64,000 nt of DNA, taken from positions 144,436-208,435 of the forward strand of contig NMRA01000031.1 in assembly GCA_002633005.1 (NCBI GenBank), written 5' to 3'. Numbering within the stretch: the stretch's first letter is position 1; every line of letters starts with the position of its first letter. The translations under genes and the position numbers were made by a program. The stretch comes from Phoronis australis (lineage: Eukaryota > Animalia > Phoronida). Positions 52,901-62,198 of the stretch are shown piece by piece. The notes beneath the pieces are model-generated. The model was not told the origin of the DNA. It searched no databases and was given only the letters and a program-made list of their open reading frames with translations.

Positions 52901-53462
52901 TTTTCTTGTATTGAATTGACGTTGGAAGTTAAAAAAAACAAGTGTTTCGGTTAGGACGTGTTTTGGCACAAACGTCAACCATACTCAAGTGAGAATTCAG
53001 GAACGGCAAAACTTGGGGCTAGTTATGAAGCACCAGTCTTAGAAACAACAAATTAGCAGTAAGAGCAATGTTGAAAACTTGTACACAACTTAAGCATTGT
53101 GCGATGCCTCAGAGCGTGCTAGAGTTGTACACAACCTAAACATTGAGCGATGCCTGGGAGTGTGCTTGAGTTGTACACAACTTAAGCATTGTGCGATGCC
53201 TCAGAGCATGCTAGAGTTGTGCACAACCTAAGCATTGAGGGATGCCTTTGAGCGTGCTAGAGTTGTAGAAACATGTTGTGAAGCGCTTTGTTTTTATTGA
53301 ATCAAATTGTTGAGACATGATCATTTAGACTACCTTTACGTCCCCCATTACTTGTAGACATCCAAGAAAAAGAAGGGTTCTATCAAGAATAAGCCAACAG
53401 TGGTGAAAGGGAAGAGGCCAGCTGGCAGTAAGAAGGCTAAGAGTAGCAAGAAACACAAGTAA
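31795..53462 (+). CDS. STT3B: Dolichyl-diphosphooligosaccharide-protein glycosyltransferase subunit STT3B; complete 17-exon gene, 2337 nt CDS, 778 aa
   Basis: Hand-spliced join(31795-31967,35163-35271,36531-36640,38325-38413,40155-40243,41936-42001,43808-43907,44385-44483,45623-45769,46187-46390,47100-47302,49150-49334,49660-49831,50329-50502,51257-51370,52088-52285,53358-53462). All introns are GT-AG and all phases are consistent. Motifs: [69 protein letters not shown] and the basic C-tail are STT3B-type rather than STT3A-type. Confidence 0.97.
34243..34303 (+). repeat. 20-bp tandem repeat x3
   Basis: CTTGAACATGATGGCTATGT. Confidence 0.95.
35163..35271 (+). CDS. STT3B: STT3B exon 2
   Basis: [36 protein letters not shown]; tctag| ... 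|gtaagg. Confidence 0.95.
36531..36640 (+). CDS. STT3B: STT3B exon 3
   Basis: [36 protein letters not shown]; cacag| ... |gtgagg. Confidence 0.95.
38155..38234 (+). repeat. 20-bp tandem repeat x4
   Basis: ATTTGTATAATGG(T/C)AAGTNN. Confidence 0.95.
38325..38413 (+). CDS. STT3B: STT3B exon 4
   Basis: [29 protein letters not shown]; tccag| ... |gtaagt. Confidence 0.95.
40155..40243 (+). CDS. STT3B: STT3B exon 5
   Basis: [29 protein letters not shown]; ttcag| ... |gtaagc. Confidence 0.95.
40273..41080 (+). mobile_element. Helentron-associated (HINE/DINE-1-like) element in STT3B intron 5
   Basis: Starts in a T-run, short inverted pair TATGCGCCC...GGGTGCATA, then degenerate ~100-140-bp core repeats (ggattttcatgaaa(t/c)ttggcagatgtgttcc). 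Confidence 0.55.
41300..41430 (+). repeat. Fragment of the same family as the 1582-2108 element
   Basis: atttgatc..gt.attgatacca.tgtttt ... aaattttactaaaa ... tggtca shared with 1875-2000. Confidence 0.6.
41476..41890 (+). mobile_element. Possible 5'-truncated LINE (ORF2 C-terminus, 3'UTR, A-tail)
   Basis: Open frame ending [13 protein letters not shown]...ISKFLCTVY, then a T-rich UTR, AATAAA (41863-41868) and an A-rich tail. Confidence 0.4.
41936..42001 (+). CDS. STT3B: STT3B exon 6
   Basis: [22 protein letters not shown]; ttcag| ... |gtaggt. Confidence 0.94.
42875..43445. mobile_element. PIF/Harbinger (Tourist-like) MITE in STT3B intron 6
   Basis: ~35-bp TIR GGGCTGTTCCAG(C/T)AAAATCTGT(G/A)TGGGAGGGGGGG with two mismatches; TAA target duplication on both sides; internal subrepeats of the form aaaatta(c/t)gggtggt. 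Confidence 0.88.
43808..43907 (+). CDS. STT3B: STT3B exon 7
   Basis: [33 protein letters not shown]; tgcag| ... |gtatgt. Confidence 0.95.
44385..44483 (+). CDS. STT3B: STT3B exon 8
   Basis: [32 protein letters not shown]; ttcag| ... |gttggt. Confidence 0.94.
45623..45769 (+). CDS. STT3B: STT3B exon 9
   Basis: [29 protein letters not shown]...GLTYA; cgcag| ... |gtaatg. Confidence 0.94.
46187..46390 (+). CDS. STT3B: STT3B exon 10
   Basis: [36 protein letters not shown]...NDERVF; gctag| ... |gtaagt. Confidence 0.96.
46413..46521. mobile_element. Short foldback MITE, same family as 606-715
   Basis: ATTTTGAGAACCAG ... CTGGTTCTCAAAAT arms; loop matches the reverse complement of the 606-715 loop. 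Confidence 0.7.
46952..47036 (+). mobile_element. 3' end of a LINE/SINE, second copy
   Basis: Same stem-loop as 5501-5570 followed by an (AATA)n tail. Confidence 0.7.
47100..47302 (+). CDS. STT3B: STT3B exon 11
   Basis: [29 protein letters not shown]...DLYDKPEK; cttag| ... |gtaggt. Confidence 0.95.
48593..48640 (+). repeat. Imperfect (TTG)n microsatellite
   Basis: Direct reading. Confidence 0.85.
49150..49334 (+). CDS. STT3B: STT3B exon 12
   Basis: PSKSKK...[26 protein letters not shown](G); tgcag| ... |gtaagt. Confidence 0.95.
49273..49538 (+). repeat. ~96-bp diverged triplication spanning the STT3B exon-12 3' end and donor
   Basis: Units start at 49273, 49369 and 49466. Confidence 0.85.
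49660..49831 (+). CDS. STT3B: STT3B exon 13 (WWDYG motif)
   Basis: [19 protein letters not shown]...[32 protein letters not shown]; ttcag| ... |gtgagt. Confidence 0.97.
50329..50502 (+). CDS. STT3B: STT3B exon 14 (DK motif)
   Basis: VGKAMSSNE...[26 protein letters not shown]; tgcag| ... |gtgaat. Confidence 0.96.
51257..51370 (+). CDS. STT3B: STT3B exon 15
   Basis: [38 protein letters not shown]; cacag| ... |gtatac. Confidence 0.95.
51713..51990 (+). repeat. 15/16-bp minisatellite in STT3B intron 15
   Basis: AAAACTGTAGCGGTAC units grading into AAGCTGTAGCGGTGC units. Confidence 0.95.
52088..52285 (+). CDS. STT3B: STT3B exon 16
   Basis: [20 protein letters not shown]...[17 protein letters not shown]...KKVSKK; accag| ... 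|gtaacg. Confidence 0.95.
52313..52516. mobile_element. Small Harbinger-like MITE in STT3B intron 16
   Basis: TIR GGCCCGTTTTA ... TAAAACGGGCC. Confidence 0.55.
53079..53267 (+). repeat. 46-bp minisatellite x4
   Basis: Units at 53079, 53125, 53171, 53217. Confidence 0.92.
53358..53462 (+). CDS. STT3B: STT3B exon 17 (terminal coding part)
   Basis: [34 protein letters not shown]; tgtag| acceptor, TAA at 53460-53462; resembles the lysine-rich vertebrate STT3B tail. Confidence 0.9.
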   Translation, partial: TSKKKKGSIKNKPTVVKGKRPAGSKKAKSSKKHK

Positions 53463-53670
53463 CTACAGGACGAGTGTAGGCTTGCAGTTGGTCGATTAAC
53501 ATCTTCCTGACGAGTTATGTCTTTAATCTATGCCGCTCAGTCCTCTCTCCATTCTTTGTCCTCACTGTTCCATCCTGTGGAACTATCACTGTCTACAAGC
53601 GTCGTCCTGGTTTCTGATGTTTTCTTAGACTAAAAGAATCATGTTTGCTTTACACGCAAGACACATAATC

Positions 53671-53899
53671 TGCTATGTCTTGCTCGAGTCCTCGACAGTT
53701 CACTGGTCCATAGTGAATACAACACAAGGCTTATAGTCTCTGGGATGCTATGTCTTGCTCGAGTCCTCGACAGTTCACTGGTCCATAGTGAATACAACAC
53801 AAGGCTTATAGTCTCTGGGATGCTATGTCTTGCTCGAGTCCCAGACAGTTCACTGGTCTGTAGTGAATACAACACAAGGCTTATAGTCTCTGGGATGCT
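53671..53899 (+). repeat. 75-bp tandem repeat x3 downstream of the STT3B stop codon
   Basis: Units at 53671, 53746, 53821. Confidence 0.95.
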
Positions 53900-53916
53900 T
53901 GAAACTTTGTTCATAG

Positions 53917-53922
53917 AATAAA
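53917..53922 (+). terminator. Candidate STT3B polyadenylation signal
   Basis: AATAAA ~455 nt after the stop codon, just past the 75-bp repeat array. Confidence 0.35.
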
Positions 53923-54325
53923 TTTTATTAGTACATGCTGAGAGTGGATTCTCTGTGACATGGTGACATTCTGTGACCAATCTTGCTTGCCTGAAGTTAT
54001 GACATTCTGAGAATACAGTATTGTTATTTAACGAGGCTTCTACTGGTGGTTCGCTTTTCATAAATTGTAAAATTACGGAATTCATCATTATCACTGATAA
54101 ATATTGTCTCTTGTATGTGATAAAAGCTAAGTTGTTGCGACTTTTACATACAAAAAGCTCCAAAAGCTGTGACAATTGAGATTTCCCTGTGACATTTTGA
54201 AAATTTTGAGATGTAACAAAAGGTTACTTGCCATTATACACGACTCGTCCATTCTCTTACATGACGTCACCGATATTCTTCACTCTGTATAATATGCAGT
54301 AGCACCAGTTTACAACTTTTATGCC

Positions 54326-54626
54326 NNNNNNNNNNNNNNNNNNNNNNNNNNNNNNNNNNNNNNNNNNNNNNNNNNNNNNNNNNNNNNNNNNNNNNNNNNN
54401 NNNNNNNNNNNNNNNNNNNNNNNNNNNNNNNNNNNNNNNNNNNNNNNNNNNNNNNNNNNNNNNNNNNNNNNNNNNNNNNNNNNNNNNNNNNNNNNNNNNN
54501 NNNNNNNNNNNNNNNNNNNNNNNNNNNNNNNNNNNNNNNNNNNNNNNNNNNNNNNNNNNNNNNNNNNNNNNNNNNNNNNNNNNNNNNNNNNNNNNNNNNN
54601 NNNNNNNNNNNNNNNNNNNNNNNNNN
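54326..54626. other. Assembly gap (run of N)
   Basis: ~301 N. Confidence 1.
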
Positions 54627-56672
54627 TTTAGTCTCGGCTCTTATGTGTTCTTGACAGTGCCTCATTTCTAAAATCTTCTGATCTGTGGTGTTTTGTCGTG
54701 ACCATTTTCACTTCTTCATGTTAATTCAAGTTGTTCAGTTTTTATTCCAATGCGATACAATCTTTGTTGGCTAAATGTAGATTCGACTCATTCTTTGTTT
54801 AATGTATAGTGACCATTATTGCTCTGAATGGCATTTTATAGTGCGTGTACATAAATCGCCTAAATTAAGCATTTCGATTTTGAACACGCTTCTGTCAATT
54901 GGCACAGACATCCAGCTGTGTGTATTGGTGAAACGAGATGCCATCGGAGTTACCATACAATCGTCTTTGTGTTGAAACAGTCATCGGTTGTAAAGACCTT
55001 GTAAATGAATCTTGGCCTACTATGGCGCAAAATTCACCGAGATTGAAATTGCACCATTTATTCAAAATACCACTGTTAGCTTTATTCCCCATTTATCTGC
55101 AACGATTTAAGGGATGTGTTGAGAATTAATGTTTCATTGCAGTGTTACACTGTTGTGGTATACATATGTTGCAGTTCTACCACATTACCGGTTTATTCAG
55201 CCTCAAAGTCTACAATCTTTACAAAGCGCCAAAGTTTTATGTTAGTCAATCCATCGTCAGAAGTACGTGGCATTCTCAGCGTTAGGACATTTCACCGCAG
55301 CACTAGTGTTGGCCCGTTCTTCATCGTGAAGGTCTACAACTTGTTAAAAGTGTTGTTACTAGATAATGATAGTTTTTTTATTTGTTCAAACATTTCCATG
55401 TTAACTGTATATATTTTGGAAAATCGATACAATATAAAATGTTGTTTGAAATGGAACAGTTTCTTTACTCGAGACACAGAGATTTCACATTACCTTTATA
55501 AGTGACCGTCTCTTTTGACGTCATTGTACTTTACATTGTGGCGTGTCTTGGCAATACTTGTATGTTGAAAGCATCCCTAGGATCCTCATTCTTGTTGTTT
55601 GGACACTGGTTTACCAGAGTCACAGTCTCACTCAATTCAGGCTTCAACATCACAGCACAAGGATTAGAATTAGAAATGGACACTACTGAATTGGTTGAAT
55701 GATTCATGAATGAAAGGGGTTGGCCGATGCACATTAGGGAGAAAACTTGTGGGTTAAAAATGTCAAGAATTGCCAGTGCAATGGATAACTCACCAAGTGA
55801 ATTATCCGTTTCTGTAGTTCTTCATGGCGAACTTCAGGATCTAGTTTTTTAACTCCGGCAAAACAAGAACGAGATTTTTGAATATTTCACTGTTTAAAAT
55901 ATTTTACAAAAACTGAATTTATAGTCAAAGAGGTTTAATCTATTCGGCTGAACTGTGTCATACTTACTAAAATCCTTAAGCCCTCGGGACTGTCCCACTC
56001 TCTTGTGGAATGGTTCAATGATTGAACTGACGTGACAGCTGTCGCGAGATAGTAGGGTTCCAAGGAGCTGAGCTGAGCAAACCTGCCTCCTCCGTGTTGG
56101 AATGTGCCGGAAAGTTTAAGGATTTTAGGAAGTACCGTCATTCACTTGTACTTGATTGATTTCTTTGATTAACTTTCCTTGATGGATAAAGATTTTCATT
56201 TAAATGAAAATGAATTTGTAAAATTCAAAGGCGAGTGGGATCGTGTCGGTCTCTGCTCTGTTATTGAGAGATCTGGTTTCTCCCGAGTGAATGTGTAGAG
56301 ATGAGAGAATCCTGCATGTATTGCAGTCATACTACTCCGATATGATGAGAAAATATTAAAATACAACACAATTTTATGCCAAATTTTTTAGGGAAATTCT
56401 GCCATCCCATTGTAAAACATTTTGGCAAGAAAAAATTCTGTGGATTAGAAATGTCCTCCATTACATCAAGGTTGCATTTTACGGTGTTGTCTACACTGGG
56501 GAAAACCTTTGAAGTAGAATTCTCAGACAATCATCCACGGTGCTCGCAACACGGATAGAAGACTTGAAAACCCACTAAATTTAGAACATTTGTCAAACCT
56601 CAATCACTTTGGAAGCACAATGTAGTATTGAATAATCTCACACAGGGAGAAAAGAGACGTAATATTTCCACG

Positions 56673-56678
56673 TTTATT
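56673..56678 (-). terminator. Probable GPD polyadenylation signal (AATAAA)
   Basis: AATAAA on the minus strand ~1.14 kb after the stop codon, followed by a U/GU-rich tract (gtctcttttctccctgtgtg). Confidence 0.5.
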
Positions 56679-57813
56679 ACCTAACATGAGTAACTTGACT
56701 TGTAATAACTTTCACTACAAACAAGATTTAGAACAACATGGTTTGATAAACACTTCAATAAATGTCATCCTTGACTCCAAGAGACAACCAACAAAAATTA
56801 AATGCATTGTGGAAAATCATCTCAACAACAATGACCCACTTAAAGATTGCTGTCTACAAAAACATTACTTCAAGAGTCCCAAAACACTAATGGAGAAAAC
56901 TTAGAGGGAACAACCAAAGTGGATAATAGTGATAACTCTGCAAGGGGTCTTGCATTTGAACCAAGTTTTGGACCAAAGTTTTCTGCTTCTGTACATCCCT
57001 CGTAGATTTCATCAAAATGCCAAGACGGGTTCAGACTAGCGAGAGTAGGCCTAAAATTGTGCGGCACTCTTAAGCGTGTTGGCACTTTGCACACAAATAC
57101 CACGCCTAATTTAATTTTGATAAAAATTACATAAACCTATTTACACCTAATTAAAAGTGTAACTTATTTACAATCAAACACCTACGAACAAAACACACGG
57201 CATCCTTGAACACATCCCAAAGTACCCCCCGCTCCATGATCACCAGCCTCACTTAAAGCAGCTTATGACATGTTAACTCAATATACATCTAAAGGAGAGA
57301 AATAAATAGTCTCAAACACTCAATAACAAATCAAAACCTAAGTAATAAACTATGACACGAGTTCCTATTGTATGTCTATTGACAGGCGCAGTTAAGCAAA
57401 CAATTGATCACAATGCAAAGCAGCGTCATAAAATGCCTAGAGAATGTCCCTGAATCATTAAAAACTAATTCTTGTGAAATTGTAGTTCAGAAAATAAAAT
57501 TATTAACTTGACGATGGGCAGGATTACGAACCCAGTTCAAGTACCCGTGACGAGTCAAAACAGGGTGTGGAGAACACAAACAGTACTGATGGGAGTATTG
57601 TGAGTAAGAATATTCTGGAACTTGTTCAATCATTCTTCATTAGATTGCTTAATCTATTATAGCCCAAGAAATCCAACCGTTTGTGGTTTGTAAGCTTTCA
57701 AGTATAGCATGAAGTAAGCTTTTGAAGTTTAGCAATTGGAATTAGCAGAAAGCAGCGAAGCGAGAATAGTCTTGGTGGGAGGTTCAGCATGCAGGGGAGG
57801 CTCCCAGGCAGCC

Positions 57814-57910
57814 TTACATATGTTCAGGATGATTCTTTAGGCAGGCTATGAATTCAGTGGGAGGTATCGCCCCTGAACAAATCTTGTGGATAGCAGTGAA
57901 CAGCGGAAAC
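57814..57910 (-). CDS. GPD1: GPD terminal coding exon
   Basis: [31 protein letters not shown]; ttccag| acceptor. Confidence 0.94.
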
Positions 57911-60833
57911 CTGGAAAACAGTATATGACACTGTTGAATTGACAAGCTACACGTAACAAAATCATTAGAGCTTTTACTGAAATCTGTTTACATGATTGTG
58001 AAGAAAAGTTTTGAAACAACCAACAACAGTTAGCTCAAATTGAATGCAATATATTCAGTGTACAATTACCAACCCATCACAACAAAAATATTCTTGAAGA
58101 AAATTACACCAGCAAGTAGGACAACCGACATGCTAATATTAAAAGAGATGTGGTTTATCACAGCACAGCATTTCAGAGAAAGGTCACAATGAGGTCAAAT
58201 GAGGGTCGAGACGAAAGAGCTACCAATGACACAAGGGGAAACCTCAGATGTCTACAAGGCCCAAGAATGCTAGCATGGGTTTGTCATGGATTGAAGTTTC
58301 TCCAGTCAGGTTTGGGAATATTTCCAGGAAAAAAATTACCAGCTTACCTTTCTTCCATGCCCTTTGACTTCAGCATGAAGTTAACTTCAGCTGCAGTGGG
58401 CGGTCCTTGTAAACTCTGACCATTCAGCATCTCTTTCTCCAACTGTCCAATAGACTGAATCAAACAAAACAATGGATGTCAATTGGTTATTCTGTACAAA
58501 GTATTGAGAAACTGCAGTCCAGTATGGAAAGGCTTATAAGTAGAGATTTAAGTAAGCAAAGCACAAAGTCATGTAAAGTACAGACTGTTGTCGAATGGGA
58601 GGCAATGAGGCAAAGATGGAGGAAGGCACGGGTCAGCGGGTCACCCAGGAAGAAGCAATGTCCACACATGTCCTCGGACAGCAAGAGAGACAGGTCGACA
58701 AATAGATGGCATGGGGTCAGCTAATCACCCAGCGGGAAGCAATGCCCATACATGTCCTTGGACAGCAAGAGAGATGACGACAAATAGATGGCATGGGGTG
58801 AGCTAGTCACCCAACGGGAAGCAATGCCCACACGTGTCCTCGGACAGCAAGAGAGACAAGTCGACAAATAGATGGCATGGGGTCAGCTCGAAGACAGCTC
58901 TAAAGCAGTCTCTTCAGACGTATATTGATATTTGTGCGACGATTAATAGTGACTTCAGGAACATTATACAGTTAAGCATGTCTATATATTATGCAGTGAG
59001 GACTGCATTCAAGCTTATAGTGAAAACAGTAACAACATAAACCATCATCAGGCCATTGCGCTGACCTCACTCTAATTTCTTTTCCCTCTAAGTCGTTGAC
59101 TGCACAAACATCTAATGTCTGGTGTCTCTTATGACCTTTTAGAGTTACATCAACACCCATGTTAATATTACTTTTACATGAAAACACACTAAACCAATTA
59201 AGTACGTCAAATGCTTCTATGGTAAATTTGATGCTGTAAATTTGCCACACACAGACATTCGCTGGCACATCTTCACCAGTACTTACCTTTCCTGTCCTTA
59301 CAAAAGCCTCGGCGATACGCCGATTCCTACCACCGTAACACGTTGTGACAAGATCGGCCACTCCGCAGCTCTCCAAGAAAGTCGCCATTTTAGCACCTGT
59401 GTACAAACATGAACGTTCATTATCATCACAGCCACATGACAACGTTCAGCCACTGAGTTATGATAAGTCTGTCATCACACGCCATTACACTGATGTGTTG
59501 GAGATTCTTAACAACGTACTCATAACTTCCAACAACTTCTACGTTTCTTTTGCTCCTTGAAAACTTCCTGAAGATACGATACCCAAAGCCAACCAGCTAT
59601 TTTTAACTTCCATTGCTCAGTTTTAGCTTTTTGACAGTCCGTTTATAAATATTCAACGGAAGTGGAAATTGGTTGTTTGCTGATTAGGCTTCTTCACAGG
59701 AGGCAGTGTGGACTAGTGGGATAAGTGTTCACTTCCTTTACTCAAGGTCATGAGTTTGAGTACCACCAGGGCACACTACTACACCCTTGAGTCATGTCTC
59801 TAGCTCTTCAGCTTGGTTTTAACTACATAGTAATTAAAAAAAATGGTTAAAGACGATCAATGCAATGGGCTCCGACTGAGTAGCCTGAACACGCCTGGTG
59901 CAACGTGTACCAGATTGCCTGAACTTATTTTTAGTATGGTTCACTGCTCACTTTTAGCGAACATTTTGACTGTCTGTTTATACATCAATATTATTCAATG
60001 TAAGTGGAAATAAGTTGCTAGCATTTAAGGGAGTAGGCTGGTTCACTGTGATAACAGTAGATGGAAGTACTACTACGTGAACCAGCATGCTTGTGGTGCA
60101 CAATCTTCTGAGTCAACAATGATTTGGCATTTTCTTACCATTTAACACCTTGGTTTGTTGACTCCTATGTACTATCTCCATGTTATGTTCAGATTTCTAA
60201 TGGACACTAACTCAGACAAATGACATGACAATGCCTGTACTCCAAGTCATTATCTAAAGTCCCATTTAGACATCAACTTTTGGCCTGGCGCAACTGACAC
60301 GGAGCAAATTGACCCATGTCAAGCGGCCGTTTACACACACAACTCACTAACCGTGGCAAGACGGAAATTAAAGGCTGGAGAGACTGTATCGCACATGCGC
60401 AGGTTTACAAACGACAACAGTTACAGAGACAAAGAACCCGTACGTAGGTCATTGCACAAGCGCAGTAGAGATGATCCTTTCGGCCTTACTCCAATTTCGC
60501 GTTTAGACTTATAATTGACACGGCGCAAGATGTTCGGGCGCAAATTACTCTACCTCACAAACGGGTGGCAACAATTTGCCACAGCGGTGTCAATTTGCAC
60601 CGTATCAGTCTGTTTACACATTGGAACAACTTGTTCCATGTCATCTGATCCGTGTCAACTTTGTAAGTGTAAACAGCACTTAAAATTAACAGACGTTGGT
60701 CAGTTGACATACCTGGGTAGAACTCCTCCACAAACTTTACCATCTCCATCAGACCCAGACGTATCACAGCCGCTTTTGTGTTGTCACCGTAACCAAGACC
60801 GTCGGTAACGCCAGCACCAATAGCAACAACATT
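57814..60833 (-). CDS. GPD1: Cytosolic NAD-dependent glycerol-3-phosphate dehydrogenase (GPD1/GPD1L family); last 4 coding exons, 5' part outside the window
   Basis: Minus-strand exons 60713-60833, 59287-59396, 58348-58454, 57814-57910; GT-AG and phase-consistent. Peptides [77 protein letters not shown]...CLKNHPEHM* are diagnostic. GPD1 versus GPD1L cannot be resolved. Confidence 0.95.
58348..58454 (-). CDS. GPD1: GPD penultimate exon
   Basis: [35 protein letters not shown](R); ttcag| ... |gtaagc. Confidence 0.94.
58642..58889 (+). repeat. ~82-bp tandem repeat x3 in a GPD intron
   Basis: tcaccca..gaagcaatg.cca.ac.tgtcct.ggacagcaagagaga...cgacaaatagatggcatggggt.agct; units at 58642, 58725, 58807. 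Confidence 0.92.
59287..59396 (-). CDS. GPD1: GPD exon (3rd from last)
   Basis: [36 protein letters not shown]; cacag| ... |gtaagt. Confidence 0.95.
59701..59800 (+). mobile_element. Degenerate tRNA-derived SINE head
   Basis: A-box-like TGGACTAGTGG and B-box-like GAGTTTGAGTACC at tRNA spacing; no intact cloverleaf. Confidence 0.5.
60283..60680. mobile_element. Palindromic MITE remnant (gtttacac/gtgtaaac type) in a GPD intron
   Basis: CTGACACGGAGCAAATTGAC (from 60294) is inverted relative to GTCAATTTGCACCGTATCAG (ends 60608); GTTTACAC/GTGTAAAC motifs. Confidence 0.5.
60713..60833 (-). CDS. GPD1: GPD exon (4th from last)
   Basis: [40 protein letters not shown]; tcgcag| ... |gtatgt. Confidence 0.94.
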
Positions 60834-61901
60834 CTGCGAAGAAAATACTAATGAGTAGTGCGTGATTCTTAACGAGTCACACAAGGCACTTTCTCAGTAG
60901 TGCGCGACTTAACCAGTCGCACAAGACTCCAGGTAAGTAACAATTTCATGACAGAGACGATGACTCGTACATTGAGCGGTATTCATGGTAAACCTACTTC
61001 CTGTTTGATGAACAATACGATCCACACTACGAAGAAATGTTTCACAGAACTCCACAAAATCTGCTCTATGTATGTACCAATCGTATGCGAATATAATCGC
61101 AACCCCACACCTACTTCAGTCTACACCCATTTACTGTAAATACAAGCATATTTTACAATTAACTAACGATAGGTTACATTAAAATTAAATTTTGTTTCTC
61201 TCACGTGACCAACCATAAAATAAGAGCTCATTAGTTGCAATCTCAAAAAAGAATTTTTTTCAATAATAACTGAAAACAAAATATTTTGCAAAAAATCAAC
61301 AGCACCAATGAAATGTGGAAAAAAATGTTCTGATGATCTACCTACCCATCTAAGAGGGGTGAGGGCAGGATGAGGGGAAGTATAAAATATTCTAACGATG
61401 GTAAGCACGAAGATGTCAGTAGTACACCAATTCAGTAGAAAACAAATGAACAATCGTCAGTTCATATTCATAAAAACTGTTCATCTTTTCAAATTCTTTC
61501 ATTGTTGCCAGAATACAATGAAACATTCCTGAACACAATTAACAAAGAATTTCATATCAAGAACAAAGAATCTTCGAAAAGGGTCCAGATGCAATTGGAA
61601 AAAAGAAAGTTGCAGGGATCCCTGAAACTACAAGCTTCTTAGAGAGGTGACTAAAAGAAAAAGACAAATTACTCCTTTTCCACACACTGATACCAGCACA
61701 ACAATCAAGACCCCATCACACAGTCATAGCACAGAAATGCATGCACAATAAAAGCAATAGGGCCGTTCCTGATTACACAATGACACTTGAATCCCACTGT
61801 GGTTACTCAAAATGCTGTGACCATCCGTCAGGCAAATTTGCTGCCTCGTTTTCATGCCACAGGAATTTCACGATATTTGCATTACTCTATTCGTCCTTCC
61901 A

Positions 61902-62198
61902 ATACCAACGAAGTATTACTGCTGTGCTGTGGGCTGCAACTCTGACATGAGAAAGTTTGATAAACTCGACAAATGCCCATGGACGCGTGATCTGAAATTC
62001 TTCGCCTTCCTGACATTGATGAGAGACAAGAAAATGTGCCTGATTTACAAAACAAGGTCAAGCGCTCTCTTATCTCTGGGGATAAAGAAGAGTATTGTCA
62101 CCATGGAATCCGGGACGGCCCTATTGAGTCAGAAACTAATGAAAGAAAATGCGCTTGTGTGTTTATATGCAGACGGTCCAACACCAGGGCAATATTAG
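61902..62198 (+). pseudogene. Decayed THAP zinc-finger coding remnant (transposon-derived) in a GPD intron
   Basis: (I)PTKYYCCAVGCNS...KFFAFLT...ALVCLYADGPT resembles THAP CxxxC...FxFP...W...VCSxHF..GxPT; the conserved Pro, Trp and His are lost. Confidence 0.55.

Noticed and set aside
53448-53462. STT3B ends in KKHK, a KKxx ER-retrieval-like motif
   Set aside because: The STT3 C-terminal domain is luminal, so a COPI dilysine signal could not act; the whole tail is lysine-rich anyway.
53079-53899. Repeat arrays superficially like CRISPR
   Set aside because: Units are contiguous with no unique spacers, the context is eukaryotic and there are no cas genes.
53639-54175. 178-aa minus-strand ORF with three repeats
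   Set aside because: Its length is explained by the 75-bp (multiple of 3) tandem repeat downstream of STT3B.
54267-54671. ORFs crossing the N gap
   Set aside because: Artefacts of translating Ns.
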